The position numbers and the translations under genes are program-made. DNA of 64,000 nucleotides from Candidatus Zhuqueibacterota bacterium (GTDB lineage Bacteria > Zhuqueibacterota > Zhuqueibacteria > Thermofontimicrobiales > Thermofontimicrobiaceae): contig JBMOPW010000014.1 of the NCBI GenBank assembly GCA_049322915.1, forward strand, positions 637,527-701,526, given 5' to 3'. This document shows positions 38,807-50,266 of this stretch, in pieces (position 1 is the first letter of the stretch; each line of letters begins with the position of its first letter). Below the pieces are notes generated by a model, which made no database searches, had not been told where the DNA came from, and worked only from the letters and a program-made list of their open reading frames with translations.

Positions 38807-41800
38807 ATGAAATCAAGACGCTGGATTCTTGTCCTTGCTCTGTTTATAGCAACGACTGCCCTCATTGTTTATTATGGCTGGAACCTGTTCGAAGCAAATG
38901 CAAGAATTAAAAGTTACTTGTTAGCTAAAATTAAGCCTGTTCTGGGCGAGGATTGTAATATCCGCGAGCTTGAAATGGCGCTCGGCGCTGTCCACCTGAA
39001 AGGCGTCGAAGTACATTTTAAGGATGACTATTTTACACTGTGGGTGCAAGATTTACGTGTCGGCCTCAATCTGTTCAATCTGATCCAGAACGGTTTTCGT
39101 CCCCAAAAAATTCCTCATGACATAATTTTCGTCAATCCCCGATTGACGATAAAACCTAAATACCAACAGTCCTCCAACGATTCGACAGCCGATTCCGAAT
39201 CCTTTGCTATTTCTCCGGATAAGTATCTGGAAAAAGTGAAGAATCTTGATTTCATCAAGCGAATGACTATCTCCAAAGGTGAAATTAATCTGGTTGACTC
39301 CCTGTCCCGGACAGTGCAGCTCGCTCACGATATCAACGGCTGGTTCAGTTCAAGAAATATTGGCTTTATATACACGCGGCTGGTGGGAAAATTATTCCAC
39401 AGCGATGACTACAATCTTATGATCACCGGCAACATCGACGTCGGTTTGGGGCGCATCGATTCGCTGAACATCAAATTGAAAAATTTTCAATGGCGCGAGC
39501 GAATTCCTGTCTTCATCCCAAGCTATTTTGAAATTGAACAGGGCATCATCGATGGCGCGCTGACGCTGTACGAGAAAGGTCCGGGCAAATCCGGATTCGA
39601 TGTGACCGGAGCGATTGAAGTGCGCCAGGCGACCTTTGAGGTGCTCAGTAAAAAATTGCTATTTGAGGACGTCAATCTGAAGGCGAAAATTGAAGACTGG
39701 GATTGCCTGGTCGATACGTCCAGATTTTTACTCAATGGTTCGCCGGTGACGGTCGCGGGACGAATAAAAAACATTCTCAATCCGCGACTGGATTTCAACG
39801 TGAGGGCTCGTCAGTTCGATATCAGAAAGACGCTCGCCAATTTCGCGCCGAAGTTGAAATTTCAGGGGTTAGCCGATCTGGAATTCGACATTGCCAACAC
39901 CTATGCCAATCCAACTATTACCGGACATCTGGCCAGTCAGCGCCTTCTCGTCGAAGGCAAACAGATCTCGCGCCTCTCGACGGCCATTGCTTTCAGCGAT
40001 TCGGTGCTCGCGTTATCCCGATTTTCCTGCTGGATCGATAGCGTCTCGTTCGGCGGCAATGGTTCCATCGATTTTACCCGCAGTGACAATAATATCCGAT
40101 TGGCGCTAACCAGTCATGGCCCCATGTTTCGTCAATTGCTGCCCCTGCCCGGCAGCGTTTTGAGCAGCAGCGCCAGTGAGGTGCAGTTGCAGTGCGCCGG
40201 GGATTGGAAGCAAATTGCCGGCAACCTGACGCTCCATGTACAATCCGATGACGCGCCGGACACGAACTATGCGTTCAATGTTAATTTTGCGCTGGCCGAA
40301 AAGGTACTCTCGCTCAATGTCGACTCGAAAACTCATTTGTTCAAAGCCCAGGGCCGGATCAATTATGCTGACGGGCTGCCGGTCTACAACGTGAAATTGA
40401 CCGATATTCACGATGTGCTGTTTGGCATCTCTCCGCTGGACAGGGCTAAAATTATTTTCGATCTGAAATCATCGACATTTAAAATCGCCGGCAAAGCGAG
40501 CGACCTGCACATTGACGGGGACGTCGTGTGGAATCAGGAGAAAGAGGATCTGAAGCGCTCAGCGGTCATGTCCTGCGATATAACTTCCCGTCGCTCCCGA
40601 AGTCAACTCGAAATGGTATGGGATATATCCAGCGGCGGCGCCCGGTTCACGTCTACCATGAAATTGGAGAAAACGCCGGACTATCTTGAAATCAAAAACT
40701 TCGAAATTGATCGCATTTTATTTTGCACCGGCAAAATGCAGTTGACTGCTGACCAGTTGATTGAGGCGAATATTATTATCCCGGATGCATCTTTGCCGGA
40801 TTTGAATCGTCTAATATTTAGCCATGAGCGATCGGCCCAAAATGGAAAACTGTACGGTTCCATCGGCATTGGCGGTTCTTTGAAAAAATTAGAACTTTCC
40901 GGTAAACTCGATTTCCTCGATGTGATCATCAATCAAATCGGAACATACGAAGGTTCGGTGGCGTTTCAATCGACCGATCGAACCGTGAAATTAAACGAAC
41001 TGGCAGTCAAATATCAGGGGGATCTGGTGCTGACGAGCCAGGGAGCATACCAGTTCGACCGGGATTCGCTCGATCTCAAACTTCATGGTGTGGGGATCGA
41101 TCTCAATTCCCTGATGACGACACTTTTCAACAAACCCAATGTGCTCAAAGGTCTCGGCGACGCTGATATGCAGGTGCGCGGTCGGCTGCGCCAGCCGGAA
41201 TTTGCCGGCACTGTGGAAGTGCAAAAAGGCGCGCTGGGGATGTTCACGTTCGACAGAATGGTTTGGGAACTGGGTGAATCGTCGGGTTCCCTGCCTTCAA
41301 ACTGGACAGGCGCAGCGCCCCAAACCCTGAATGGTTTGCTGTTGCGTCGCGTGTCCATTGTGCGAACCGGCCAGTTCCAGATGACCGGCAGCGGAGTGAT
41401 TCCCTTTTCAAATGAAGCGACCATGGACATCCGGCTCAATGGACAGGGTAATATTCTGTCGATTCTGCCTGAGATCACACCGTTCTTTCTTGAAACGGGC
41501 AGCAACGGGACATGGGCGTTTCATTTTACCGGCAGCCCCGGCAATTTAACTGTTGCCGATGCGCAGTTGAATCTCACCAATGGCTATTTGCGACTTGGGG
41601 ACGTGGCTCCGGAAATTGATGATATTCAGGTCGCAATTGAATTGGAACAGGATGGCTTTTTAAATGTAAAATTCATATCCGGAAAAATCAAAAAGCGGCC
41701 GTTCGCGTTTCGAAATATGCAGGCTGCGCCCGAGGTGGTGGATATCAATCTGCAACCATTTACCATACCGGAACTTGGGCTGAACCTGGGAATTTTTACG

Positions 41801-42997
41801 CTGGAGACCTCGTCCAAAGGGGTGCCGCTGTACATCCCCGGTTTTATGGAGCGGGGCGAGATCGGTCATTTCGAGTTCTCAGGAAAGAATGCCCAGGAGA
41901 GGTTCTACCTCGCCGGGCCAACCGAGCAACCTGTGGTGCGGGGAAAAATTGTCCTGCAGAATGTGAATTTCACCTATCCTTTTATCACTGAAAATGCTGA
42001 AGCGGCTGATTCCAGTCTTGTGGTTCGCGTGCTTCAGATGATCGATTGGAACGTAAGAGCGGAGGTTGGAAAGGATTTGCATTATCAGCGTCAGATACCG
42101 AGCGGCGTGGATAATGTTTACGTGGACCTGATTGTGGATGCCGGCGTGGGCGGGCTGGATTTCAACGGGGTGCTTGATGATAAAACGTTCGGCGTCATTG
42201 GTGAAATGGAATCGTCGCGGGGAACAGTGGAATATCTGGATCTGGATTTTCAAGTAACCAAGGCTGGCGTCGAATTTGATATGGACGTGTCACGAGCCTC
42301 GGATGTGGAGTTCGATAAAAGCACACTGCTGCCTATCATTTACGGGGAAGCCAGGACAACAGTCACCGATTCGACTGGATTTCCTTATTACATTTACCTC
42401 ACCATGCTGACCGTGGATAAAATCACCGGCCATAAACTGAAGCGCGGCCGGCTCAGCGATGTGGTGTTTGAGCTATCATCCGAGAATCAGGAGCTGGGCG
42501 ATTCCGAGGGGGAAATTCTGGCCTCGCTGGGATACTCAGTGACTAACATCCGAGAGAAGGCGACTGATATCATCGGCATCAGCACGGACAACCTGGTGTT
42601 CCGGCCGTTATTCCGGCCATTCGAGCGCCAGCTCGAGCGCACCTTTGGCCTGGACATGGTTCGATTCAGTTCCCGCTTCACGCGGAATCTGATTGAGATG
42701 AACGTCAAAGATGAGCGGAACTTCCAATTCGATTCGAAGTTATTCCTGCTGCGGAGCACGAAACTGATGGTCGGTAAATACCTTGCCGACGGATTGTTTT
42801 TACTTTACACCGGCCAGTTAGAGGCCGGGCTGGATTATCGGTATCAGCAGGAGGGATTCGGACTGCGCCACACGCTGGGGCTTGAATATCGTATCAATTC
42901 CAGCCTGCTGTTGCAGATGGAGTACGATTATAACAGTCTGCTCTTATGGCAACGCGAGGATAAAAAGATTTTACTGCGGCACTCGTTCCCGTTTTAA
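38807..42997 (+). CDS. TamB/AsmA-like large periplasmic beta-taco protein
   Basis: N-terminal membrane anchor, 1396 aa of beta-rich repeats, C-terminal GKYL..GLEYRI..; directly upstream of bamA. Confidence 0.7.
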   Translation: MKSRRWILVLALFIATTALIVYYGWNLFEANARIKSYLLAKIKPVLGEDCNIRELEMALGAVHLKGVEVHFKDDYFTLWVQDLRVGLNLFNLIQNGFRPQKIPHDIIFVNPRLTIKPKYQQSSNDSTADSESFAISPDKYLEKVKNLDFIKRMTISKGEINLVDSLSRTVQLAHDINGWFSSRNIGFIYTRLVGKLFHSDDYNLMITGNIDVGLGRIDSLNIKLKNFQWRERIPVFIPSYFEIEQGIIDGALTLYEKGPGKSGFDVTGAIEVRQATFEVLSKKLLFEDVNLKAKIEDWDCLVDTSRFLLNGSPVTVAGRIKNILNPRLDFNVRARQFDIRKTLANFAPKLKFQGLADLEFDIANTYANPTITGHLASQRLLVEGKQISRLSTAIAFSDSVLALSRFSCWIDSVSFGGNGSIDFTRSDNNIRLALTSHGPMFRQLLPLPGSVLSSSASEVQLQCAGDWKQIAGNLTLHVQSDDAPDTNYAFNVNFALAEKVLSLNVDSKTHLFKAQGRINYADGLPVYNVKLTDIHDVLFGISPLDRAKIIFDLKSSTFKIAGKASDLHIDGDVVWNQEKEDLKRSAVMSCDITSRRSRSQLEMVWDISSGGARFTSTMKLEKTPDYLEIKNFEIDRILFCTGKMQLTADQLIEANIIIPDASLPDLNRLIFSHERSAQNGKLYGSIGIGGSLKKLELSGKLDFLDVIINQIGTYEGSVAFQSTDRTVKLNELAVKYQGDLVLTSQGAYQFDRDSLDLKLHGVGIDLNSLMTTLFNKPNVLKGLGDADMQVRGRLRQPEFAGTVEVQKGALGMFTFDRMVWELGESSGSLPSNWTGAAPQTLNGLLLRRVSIVRTGQFQMTGSGVIPFSNEATMDIRLNGQGNILSILPEITPFFLETGSNGTWAFHFTGSPGNLTVADAQLNLTNGYLRLGDVAPEIDDIQVAIELEQDGFLNVKFISGKIKKRPFAFRNMQAAPEVVDINLQPFTIPELGLNLGIFTLETSSKGVPLYIPGFMERGEIGHFEFSGKNAQERFYLAGPTEQPVVRGKIVLQNVNFTYPFITENAEAADSSLVVRVLQMIDWNVRAEVGKDLHYQRQIPSGVDNVYVDLIVDAGVGGLDFNGVLDDKTFGVIGEMESSRGTVEYLDLDFQVTKAGVEFDMDVSRASDVEFDKSTLLPIIYGEARTTVTDSTGFPYYIYLTMLTVDKITGHKLKRGRLSDVVFELSSENQELGDSEGEILASLGYSVTNIREKATDIIGISTDNLVFRPLFRPFERQLERTFGLDMVRFSSRFTRNLIEMNVKDERNFQFDSKLFLLRSTKLMVGKYLADGLFLLYTGQLEAGLDYRYQQEGFGLRHTLGLEYRINSSLLLQMEYDYNSLLLWQREDKKILLRHSFPF

Positions 42998-43086
42998 AGT
43001 TACAAAAAATTAAAGCTATCTGATTTTTCTCTTTACAAATATATAAAAATTTCTTATTTTACACTTCAAGTTATTGGAGGTTGAAC

Positions 43087-45411
43087 ATGCACCCTGGTGT
43101 TAATAATAAACGACTCGCCATTCAAGGGTTTCTTCTGATTATATTCCTGGCCGTTCCGTTCATGAGTTACGGGCAACGGGCATCGGTGAAAGTGCTGGGC
43201 GTGACGGCTGAAGGGCAGAAGACCGCGGATCCCACAATCATTCAGATCAATTCAGGATTGACATCAGGGAAAGAGATTACCAGCGATGAAATCCAGACCG
43301 CGATTAAAAATTTGTGGAGCCTCAATATATTTTCGGATATTCAGGTGCTGCTTGATAAAGAAGTCGCCGGCGGCGTGTACCTCACCATTCGCGTCAAAGA
43401 GTACCCCCGACTCGAAAAGGTTGAGCTCGAAGGCAATAAAAAATTGAAAAAGGACGAGATCGATAAAGAGCTGGATTTCTACAAAGGTCAGGTCCTTTCC
43501 GCGCATCAAATCAATCAGGCCAAACGAAAGATAAAAAAGCTGTACGCGGACAAGGGGTATTTATTGGCCGAGGTAGCGCCGGAGACGTTCGATTCGGAAA
43601 AAGAAGGGAAGGTCATCCTTCGAATTAAAATAAAGGAAGGCAACAAGGTTCAGGTTAAAAAGATTAACTTTTTTGGCAATGAGAATTTCTCCGATGGCAA
43701 GCTGCGCAAGCAAATGAAAGAGACGAAGGAAGACAGATGGTGGCGCGGCGCAGATTTCGACAGAAAAAAATTCGATGAAGATGCTGTGAAAGTGGTCGAG
43801 TTTTATCGGAATGAAGGTTTCCGCGATGCCGAAATTGTCAGCGATTCTGTCTATTTCGATGCGGCTAAAAAGGATATCTTCATTGATATTACTGTGACCG
43901 AGGGCAATCGGTATTACGTGGGCGATATTTCCTGGGAAGGGAATAAAATCCAATCCAATGAACGGCTGGAGTCGCTGTTGGGTTTTGAATCCGGCGATGT
44001 GTATAATCAGGAAAAACTCCAGAAAGCGATCATCGAGCGGTTGGGCACACTCTATTATGATTCAGGCTACATCTATTCCCAGATCAATCCCAAAGAAACT
44101 CCGGTCGCTTCGGATACAGTCGACATTCACTTTGTCATCAGTGAAGGCGAGCCGGTAAAAATCAATCTGGTGCATATTTCCGGTAATTCGCGGACAAAAG
44201 AGAAGGTCATTCGGCGGGAATTGATCATCAGTCCCGGCGATGTCTTCAGCAAGGCCGCCCTGGAGCGAAGTCAGCGCGAAGTGTGGGTTTTGAATTATTT
44301 CTCCGATGTGAAAATCGATTATTGGCCGGTGGATGAAGATGAGATCGATCTGAAATTTAACGTCGAAGAAAAGTCGACCGATCTGGCCAATATGTCCGCT
44401 GGCTGGAGCGAGCGGGATAAAGTCATCGGGAGCATCGGGGTTGCCATGAACAATCTGTTCGGCAACGGGCAACGCCTCAGCTTTGACTGGAACTTCGGAC
44501 GCTATTACCGGTCATTCCAGATTAGCTTCACAGAGCCGTGGCTGCGCGATACGCCGACGCTGGCCGGTTTCAGCTTTTACGACACCAATCGGGACGCTAC
44601 CTACATCGGGTATCGCCAGCGAAGCACCGGCGGGCAGTTGCGCCTGGGACGCCGGTTCCGTTGGCCGGATAATTATTTTCGCGGCGACTGGATTTACCGA
44701 ATCGATAGCACCGAACTTTCTGATTTCATCGACAGTATTGTCGCAGCCAATCCGCGGAATATTGTGGGCACCGACTGGCCGCTCATTTCCAGCAGCGTCA
44801 CGCAAATCATCAGCCGGAATAGTCTGAACCGGCCGGAGTTCCCCACCGAGGGTTCGGAAGTGTCGCTATCCACAGAATTTGCCGGCGGATTTTTGGGCGG
44901 CAATGTGGGTTACCAAAAATACATGTTCTCCGCCAGTTGGTTCACCCCGGCAATTTGGAAATTTGTACTGTATAATCACACCACAGCCGGCTTCATGGAT
45001 GGCTGGACCAGCGACTCAAAAATTCCGTACCTGGAATACTTCTTCCTGGGCGGCGAAGGCATGTCGCGCTCCACGCCATTGCGCGGTTACGACGATCCTC
45101 TGGCCGGATACGCCACGTCGGAAGGCGGAAAAGTACTGCTGAAATACACGACCGAAATACGTTTCCCGATTATTCCCAATCCGACCATGTTTGGTCTTAT
45201 ATTTGCCGAAGCCGGGAATACCTGGGCCAATGTCACTGATACGGATCCGTTTGATCTGCGGCGCTCCGTGGGCATCGGCGCTCGAATCTACATGCCTATG
45301 ATTGGCATCATCGGATTCGATTATGCCTATGGTTTTGATAATTATAACACATCGACCGGGAAGCGTTACGGTCAATGGAAACCTCATTTCGTATTTGGCA
45401 GAAGTTTTTAA
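43087..45411 (+). CDS. bamA: Outer membrane protein assembly factor BamA
   Basis: POTRA repeats (GN....L, RTKEKVIRRE), NNLFGNGQ, FTEPW, LRGY, C-terminal FVFGRSF. Confidence 0.95.
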   Translation: MHPGVNNKRLAIQGFLLIIFLAVPFMSYGQRASVKVLGVTAEGQKTADPTIIQINSGLTSGKEITSDEIQTAIKNLWSLNIFSDIQVLLDKEVAGGVYLTIRVKEYPRLEKVELEGNKKLKKDEIDKELDFYKGQVLSAHQINQAKRKIKKLYADKGYLLAEVAPETFDSEKEGKVILRIKIKEGNKVQVKKINFFGNENFSDGKLRKQMKETKEDRWWRGADFDRKKFDEDAVKVVEFYRNEGFRDAEIVSDSVYFDAAKKDIFIDITVTEGNRYYVGDISWEGNKIQSNERLESLLGFESGDVYNQEKLQKAIIERLGTLYYDSGYIYSQINPKETPVASDTVDIHFVISEGEPVKINLVHISGNSRTKEKVIRRELIISPGDVFSKAALERSQREVWVLNYFSDVKIDYWPVDEDEIDLKFNVEEKSTDLANMSAGWSERDKVIGSIGVAMNNLFGNGQRLSFDWNFGRYYRSFQISFTEPWLRDTPTLAGFSFYDTNRDATYIGYRQRSTGGQLRLGRRFRWPDNYFRGDWIYRIDSTELSDFIDSIVAANPRNIVGTDWPLISSSVTQIISRNSLNRPEFPTEGSEVSLSTEFAGGFLGGNVGYQKYMFSASWFTPAIWKFVLYNHTTAGFMDGWTSDSKIPYLEYFFLGGEGMSRSTPLRGYDDPLAGYATSEGGKVLLKYTTEIRFPIIPNPTMFGLIFAEAGNTWANVTDTDPFDLRRSVGIGARIYMPMIGIIGFDYAYGFDNYNTSTGKRYGQWKPHFVFGRSF

Positions 45412-45669
45412 TTTGATATGAATATTTCAGGATTGGATTCATTTAAATCACCATAGAAATCAATTGATTGGGAGAGAAAAATTCACAGCGGCGGGCGTGA
45501 TCGTTGCAAGAGGGGATGCACAGCCTAAAGTCGTTTCTGACTGATGCATTCGAAAGAATCAAACACGCGTCGCACTCCCTGGATTGATGTTCACCGTTCT
45601 CATAAATTGAAAAAGTCAGGATGATATTGTGAGATCGAATCAACAGCAAAATATAATTTGGAGGAAAAA

Positions 45670-46239
45670 ATGATGTTACGACATGTCGTTAAGGCGTCTC
45701 TGGTCGTGTTACTTGTGCTGCTGGTTGCAGCTCCCGGATTCGGACAGAAATTGAAGGTTGGATTTGTTCATTCTCAGAAATTATTGACGACGTTTCAGGA
45801 TGCCATTGATGCCAATAAAAAATTGGAAGAAATCGATCGGCAGTGGAAGACTGAAGGTCTGGAAATGCAGAAGGAAATGGAGCGGCTCAATGAGCAGTTC
45901 GAAACACAAAGTCTTTTATTGAGCGACGCCAAGAAGAAAGAGAAGCAGCAGGAAATTCAGACCCTTTACATGAAGATTCAACAATTTCAGCAGGATAAAT
46001 ACAATCCTCAGAATGGAGAGATTTACCGGAAACAGGCGGAATTGATGCAGCCGGTGTACGACAAGATCAATGAAGTCATTAAAAAAATCGGCGACGATGA
46101 AAAGTATGATATGATTCTGGATACAGCCTCTGGAATTTTCCTGCATGTCAGCAGCGCTGTGACCGATCTGACGGAACAGGTCATATCCGAGCTGAATAAA
46201 GGACAAAACGTCCCTAAAGAGACGACTGAAAATAAATAG
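45670..46239 (+). CDS. skp: Periplasmic chaperone Skp/OmpH
   Basis: Signal peptide, KVGFV, long coiled coil, YDMILD..DLT; follows bamA. Confidence 0.9.
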   Translation: MMLRHVVKASLVVLLVLLVAAPGFGQKLKVGFVHSQKLLTTFQDAIDANKKLEEIDRQWKTEGLEMQKEMERLNEQFETQSLLLSDAKKKEKQQEIQTLYMKIQQFQQDKYNPQNGEIYRKQAELMQPVYDKINEVIKKIGDDEKYDMILDTASGIFLHVSSAVTDLTEQVISELNKGQNVPKETTENK

Positions 46240-46530
46240 CCAACGCCCAATCCCTGACCCAACTGATCGTAAGGCAATAGGTATCAACCAGCAGTTCGTT
46301 TTTTTTGCAGATTGGGACAGAGGCGCCTGAACCAGGTTGACACGTCGTGGATCTGAAATTGAACGCGTTGATTTGTTTTCCGCGGTGGAGCACATATTTT
46401 TTTGTTTCACCGCGATGGCGTTTTCAGGCATACCGGCAGTGTCACCGTTTGGGCATGAGTCATTGAAAAATGGCCGGGCGTTCGTACGCCCTGCAGGATG
46501 CTGTTTTGACGCCGAATAGACAGGATAACT

Positions 46531-47553
46531 ATGGAACTATCGTTAGCTGAGATCGCACAGATTGTATCGGGTTCGTTCGAGGGGGACGGTTCTGTTAAAA
46601 TACGCAATGTTGCCAAGATCGAAGAGGCGGTTGCGGGAGAGATTACATTTATTTCCAATCCAAAATATGCCAGGTTCATCGAGACGACGAATGCGTCTGC
46701 GGTGCTTGTGGGAAAGGATTTTCCGGCAACGGACAAAACGATTATCCGCACGGAGAATCCCTATTTCTCGTTTTTGAAAATTTTACGGCTATTCCATCCG
46801 CCGGCGGGAATCGTCCCGCGCGGAATTCATCCCACAGCGGTCATCGAAGATTCGGCGACGATTGGAGCTGATGCGCATATTGGCGCGCTGGTCTATGTCG
46901 GCAGCAACTGCATCATCGGGAAAAATGTGACGCTGCATCCCGGCGTCATCATCAGTTCGAATGTGCAGATTGGCGATAATACCCTGATTTACGCCAACGT
47001 GTCCGTCCGTGAAAACATCAGGATCGGAAGCAAGGTCATCATCCATAGCGGAACGGTGTTGGGATCCGATGGATTTGGCTTTGCCCGGGAAGGCCAGGAG
47101 TATCATAAAATTCCGCAGGTTGGGACGGTGGTCATTGAGGATGATGTGGAAATCGGAGCGAATTGTTCCATCGATCGGGCGACGCTGGGTCAGACGGTCA
47201 TTCGCAAGGGCGCGAAGCTGGACAACCTCATTCAAATCGCGCATAACGTGGAAGTGGGTGAAAATACAGTGATTGCCGCGCAGACGGGTATTTCAGGCAG
47301 TACAAAAATTGGCCGGAACAATATCATCGGGGGACAGGTCGGTTTTGTCGGGCACATCGAAACAGGGGAGAATGTCACCATTGGCGCGCAGTCCGGCGTA
47401 TCGAAAAGTCTACCAGCCAATTCAGTTTATTTTGGTTACCCGGCGCGGCCCATCATGCAGGCAAAACGGGAAGAGGCTGCCCTACGCAGGCTGCCCGAAT
47501 TGCTGAAGCGTATCTCAGAACTGGAAGAGAAGCTGAATCGGCCGGATAAATAG
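46531..47553 (+). CDS. lpxD: UDP-3-O-acylglucosamine N-acyltransferase
   Basis: Hexapeptide repeats, GSDGFGF, KIPQVG, IDRATL, KLDNLIQIAHNV. Confidence 0.96.
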   Translation: MELSLAEIAQIVSGSFEGDGSVKIRNVAKIEEAVAGEITFISNPKYARFIETTNASAVLVGKDFPATDKTIIRTENPYFSFLKILRLFHPPAGIVPRGIHPTAVIEDSATIGADAHIGALVYVGSNCIIGKNVTLHPGVIISSNVQIGDNTLIYANVSVRENIRIGSKVIIHSGTVLGSDGFGFAREGQEYHKIPQVGTVVIEDDVEIGANCSIDRATLGQTVIRKGAKLDNLIQIAHNVEVGENTVIAAQTGISGSTKIGRNNIIGGQVGFVGHIETGENVTIGAQSGVSKSLPANSVYFGYPARPIMQAKREEAALRRLPELLKRISELEEKLNRPDK

Positions 47554-47917
47554 GTCTGAATTTTTCAGGCAGAGAAGCAGTAACTTCAGATTTGAATCAG
47601 AGTGGGCACCAGCTATGAATTTCAAATGATATCTATAATTCTAAAATGAAAAGAAGTCGAAGGGATATCATGAATTGCTCCCATGGATTGCATCGTCTTT
47701 ATGCGATGCCTGCGATGCATAAAGGCACTCCGGAATAATTTCAAAAACAAGAGTTTAAGTTATATTTCTAAAAATCAGTTTAGAAATTTAGGTAACAGTC
47801 GCGTATCACTGAAGCCGGGCGACCGGCCGGGAAGCGATTCGCCGGCATCGGAAAGAACGAATTGTAGCATCTGAATATAGAGTCAGTTAACATCGTGTTT
47901 GTTGGATCGGAGGAAAA

Positions 47918-49315
47918 ATGCTGAAACAGCAGCGAACAATTAAGGAACCTGTATCTATTTCTGGAATTGGACTTCACACCGGCAACAGTTCCAATCTCAC
48001 ATTCAAACCGGCGCCGGAAAATTCAGGGATTCGATTCAAGAGAACTGATATTGAAAATTGTCCGGAGATTCTTGCGGATATCGATCACGTGGTTGATATT
48101 TCCCGGGGCACCACCATCAGCCAGAATGGCGCGGTGATACACACCGTGGAACATGTGCTGGCGGCTGTCGCTGGTCTGGAAATTGACAATATTCTGGTGG
48201 AGTTGACCAACAACGAACCCCCGGTTGTTGACGGCAGTTCCCTGCCGTTCACCGATATTCTGACGAAATCCGGATTTGTGGAACAGAGTTCGCCCAAGGA
48301 TTACGTCGTCATCGACAGCACCATCGCCTATCGCGACGACAGGCGAAGGATCGATATTGTAGTGGTTCCGTCGGACCATTTTCGGATTACGTTCATGGTC
48401 GATTATCAAAATCCCGCATTGGGGACGCAGTACACCTCGCTCTACTCGCTTGAAGATGAATTCTTGTCTGAGTTCGCTCCGGCGCGGACGTTCTGCTTTC
48501 TCCACGAAGTGGAAATGCTCAAAGAGCATGGACTCATCAAAGGCGGCAATGTGGATAACGCCATTGTGATTATCGATCGGAAAATCGAAGAGAGCGAGTT
48601 CGAACGGTTGAAGCGCCTGTTCAAAATTCCAGAGAAGACCATCCTCGGTGAAAATGGAATTCTCGATGGAAAAGAGCTGCGCTTTGTGAACGAGCCGGTG
48701 CGCCATAAGGCGCTGGACCTGGTCGGCGATCTGGCGCTGCTGGGCGCCCCGCTGATTGGGCACATAATGGCCGCTCGATCCGGTCATGCTGCCAACGTGG
48801 AACTGGTCAAATTGCTACGCAAGGAAGTTGAAAAGAAGAAGATAACGACAAAATACCAATCCCGTCCGGCCGGGAAAAATGTGGTTCTGGATATCAACGC
48901 CATTCAAAAGATACTGCCTCATCGGTATCCGTTTTTATTGATCGACAAAATCACAGACCTCATTCCCAAAGAGCATGTGTCCGGCATTAAGAACGTGACG
49001 GTCAACGAGCCGTTTTTCATCGGGCATTTCCCTGGTCGCCCCATCATGCCCGGTGTTCTGATCATTGAAGCTATGGCGCAGGTCGGCGGCATCCTCCTGT
49101 TGGATTCCGAGGGAAACCCGTCCGACAAGCTGGTCTATTTCACCGGCATTGACAATGTGAAATTCCGAAAACCGGTGGTGCCCGGAGACCAACTTCGGTT
49201 CGAGCTGGATATGATTCGTTACCGGCGATCGATCTGCCGAATGGGCGGCAAGGCCTATGTGGACGGCGATCTTGTGTGCGAGGCGGAACTGTCCGCCGCG
49301 GTTGTGGATCGCTGA
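47918..49315 (+). CDS. lpxC: Bifunctional LpxC deacetylase / FabZ dehydratase fusion
   Basis: GIGLHTG, TVEHVLAA, APARTF, RHKALDLVGD; C-terminal LPHRYPFLL..GHFP..MPGVLIIEAMAQ. Confidence 0.95.
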   Translation: MLKQQRTIKEPVSISGIGLHTGNSSNLTFKPAPENSGIRFKRTDIENCPEILADIDHVVDISRGTTISQNGAVIHTVEHVLAAVAGLEIDNILVELTNNEPPVVDGSSLPFTDILTKSGFVEQSSPKDYVVIDSTIAYRDDRRRIDIVVVPSDHFRITFMVDYQNPALGTQYTSLYSLEDEFLSEFAPARTFCFLHEVEMLKEHGLIKGGNVDNAIVIIDRKIEESEFERLKRLFKIPEKTILGENGILDGKELRFVNEPVRHKALDLVGDLALLGAPLIGHIMAARSGHAANVELVKLLRKEVEKKKITTKYQSRPAGKNVVLDINAIQKILPHRYPFLLIDKITDLIPKEHVSGIKNVTVNEPFFIGHFPGRPIMPGVLIIEAMAQVGGILLLDSEGNPSDKLVYFTGIDNVKFRKPVVPGDQLRFELDMIRYRRSICRMGGKAYVDGDLVCEAELSAAVVDR

Positions 49316-49442
49316 ACCTGTGACGGTTACATTTCGTCCGTTGAAAATTCAATAAAATTTATGTGATAAATTCAACCGTTTTTATGAACCGGATGTGTTT
49401 GATTGAAGACTAAAAATTGAACAGAAAAAGAGGAGTCGAACG

Positions 49443-50213
49443 GTGGCGAATATTCATTCGACCGCGATTGTAGATGCACATGCTAATCTGGGCGACGATG
49501 TAACTGTCGGCCCCTATTCTATCATTGAAGCTGATGTCACCATTGGAAACGGCAGTCAGATTGCTTCCCATGTTCTGATCAGCGCCGGGACCACTCTGGG
49601 GCAAAATTGCCGCGTGTTAAAAGGTGCAGTGCTGGGAACCGATCCCCAGGATTTGAAATTTGCCCAGGAAAAAACGACGCTGGAAATCGGCGATAACACA
49701 ACGATCCGTGAATACTGCACGTTGAACCGGGGCACCAGGCACAGCAAGAAGACAGTCGTTGGAAGCAATTGCCTGCTGATGGCCTATGTCCATGTGGCTC
49801 ATGATTGCCGAATCGGCAGTAACGTTATTCTGGCCAATGCGGTGAACATGGCCGGCCATGTGACCATCGAAGATTTCGCATCGGTGGGCGGAATGAGTCC
49901 GATTCACCAGTTTGTAATTATCGGCAAACACGCTTTCATCGGCGGTGGCATGAAGGTCCGCAAGGATGTGCCGCCGTACATTTTAGCGGCTGGTGAACCA
50001 TTAAAATTCGCTGGGATCAATCGCATTGGATTGACGCGCCGGGGATTTTCAGCGGACGCGTTGCTGCAATTGCGACGCGCTTATAAATTGATCTACCGCT
50101 CGAAATTGAATGTGAGCCAGGCCGTGAGCCAGATTAAAGAAACCATGGAAATCACTCCTGAGATACAGGACATTCTTGATTTCATCGCGAAAAGCGAACG
50201 GGGCATCATTTAA
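49443..50213 (+). CDS. lpxA: Acyl-ACP--UDP-N-acetylglucosamine O-acyltransferase
   Basis: IHSTAIV, PQDLKF, IRE..T.NRGT, HVAHDC, HQF. Confidence 0.96.
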   Translation: MANIHSTAIVDAHANLGDDVTVGPYSIIEADVTIGNGSQIASHVLISAGTTLGQNCRVLKGAVLGTDPQDLKFAQEKTTLEIGDNTTIREYCTLNRGTRHSKKTVVGSNCLLMAYVHVAHDCRIGSNVILANAVNMAGHVTIEDFASVGGMSPIHQFVIIGKHAFIGGGMKVRKDVPPYILAAGEPLKFAGINRIGLTRRGFSADALLQLRRAYKLIYRSKLNVSQAVSQIKETMEITPEIQDILDFIAKSERGII

Positions 50214-50266
50214 ATCAAAAATGCTCGCACGTGGGCGATTGTTTTTTTCCGGGGGCTTAGAAGACA

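Noticed and set aside
47918..49315. LpxC-FabZ fusion as a novelty
   Set aside because: Well-known fusion in FCB-group bacteria
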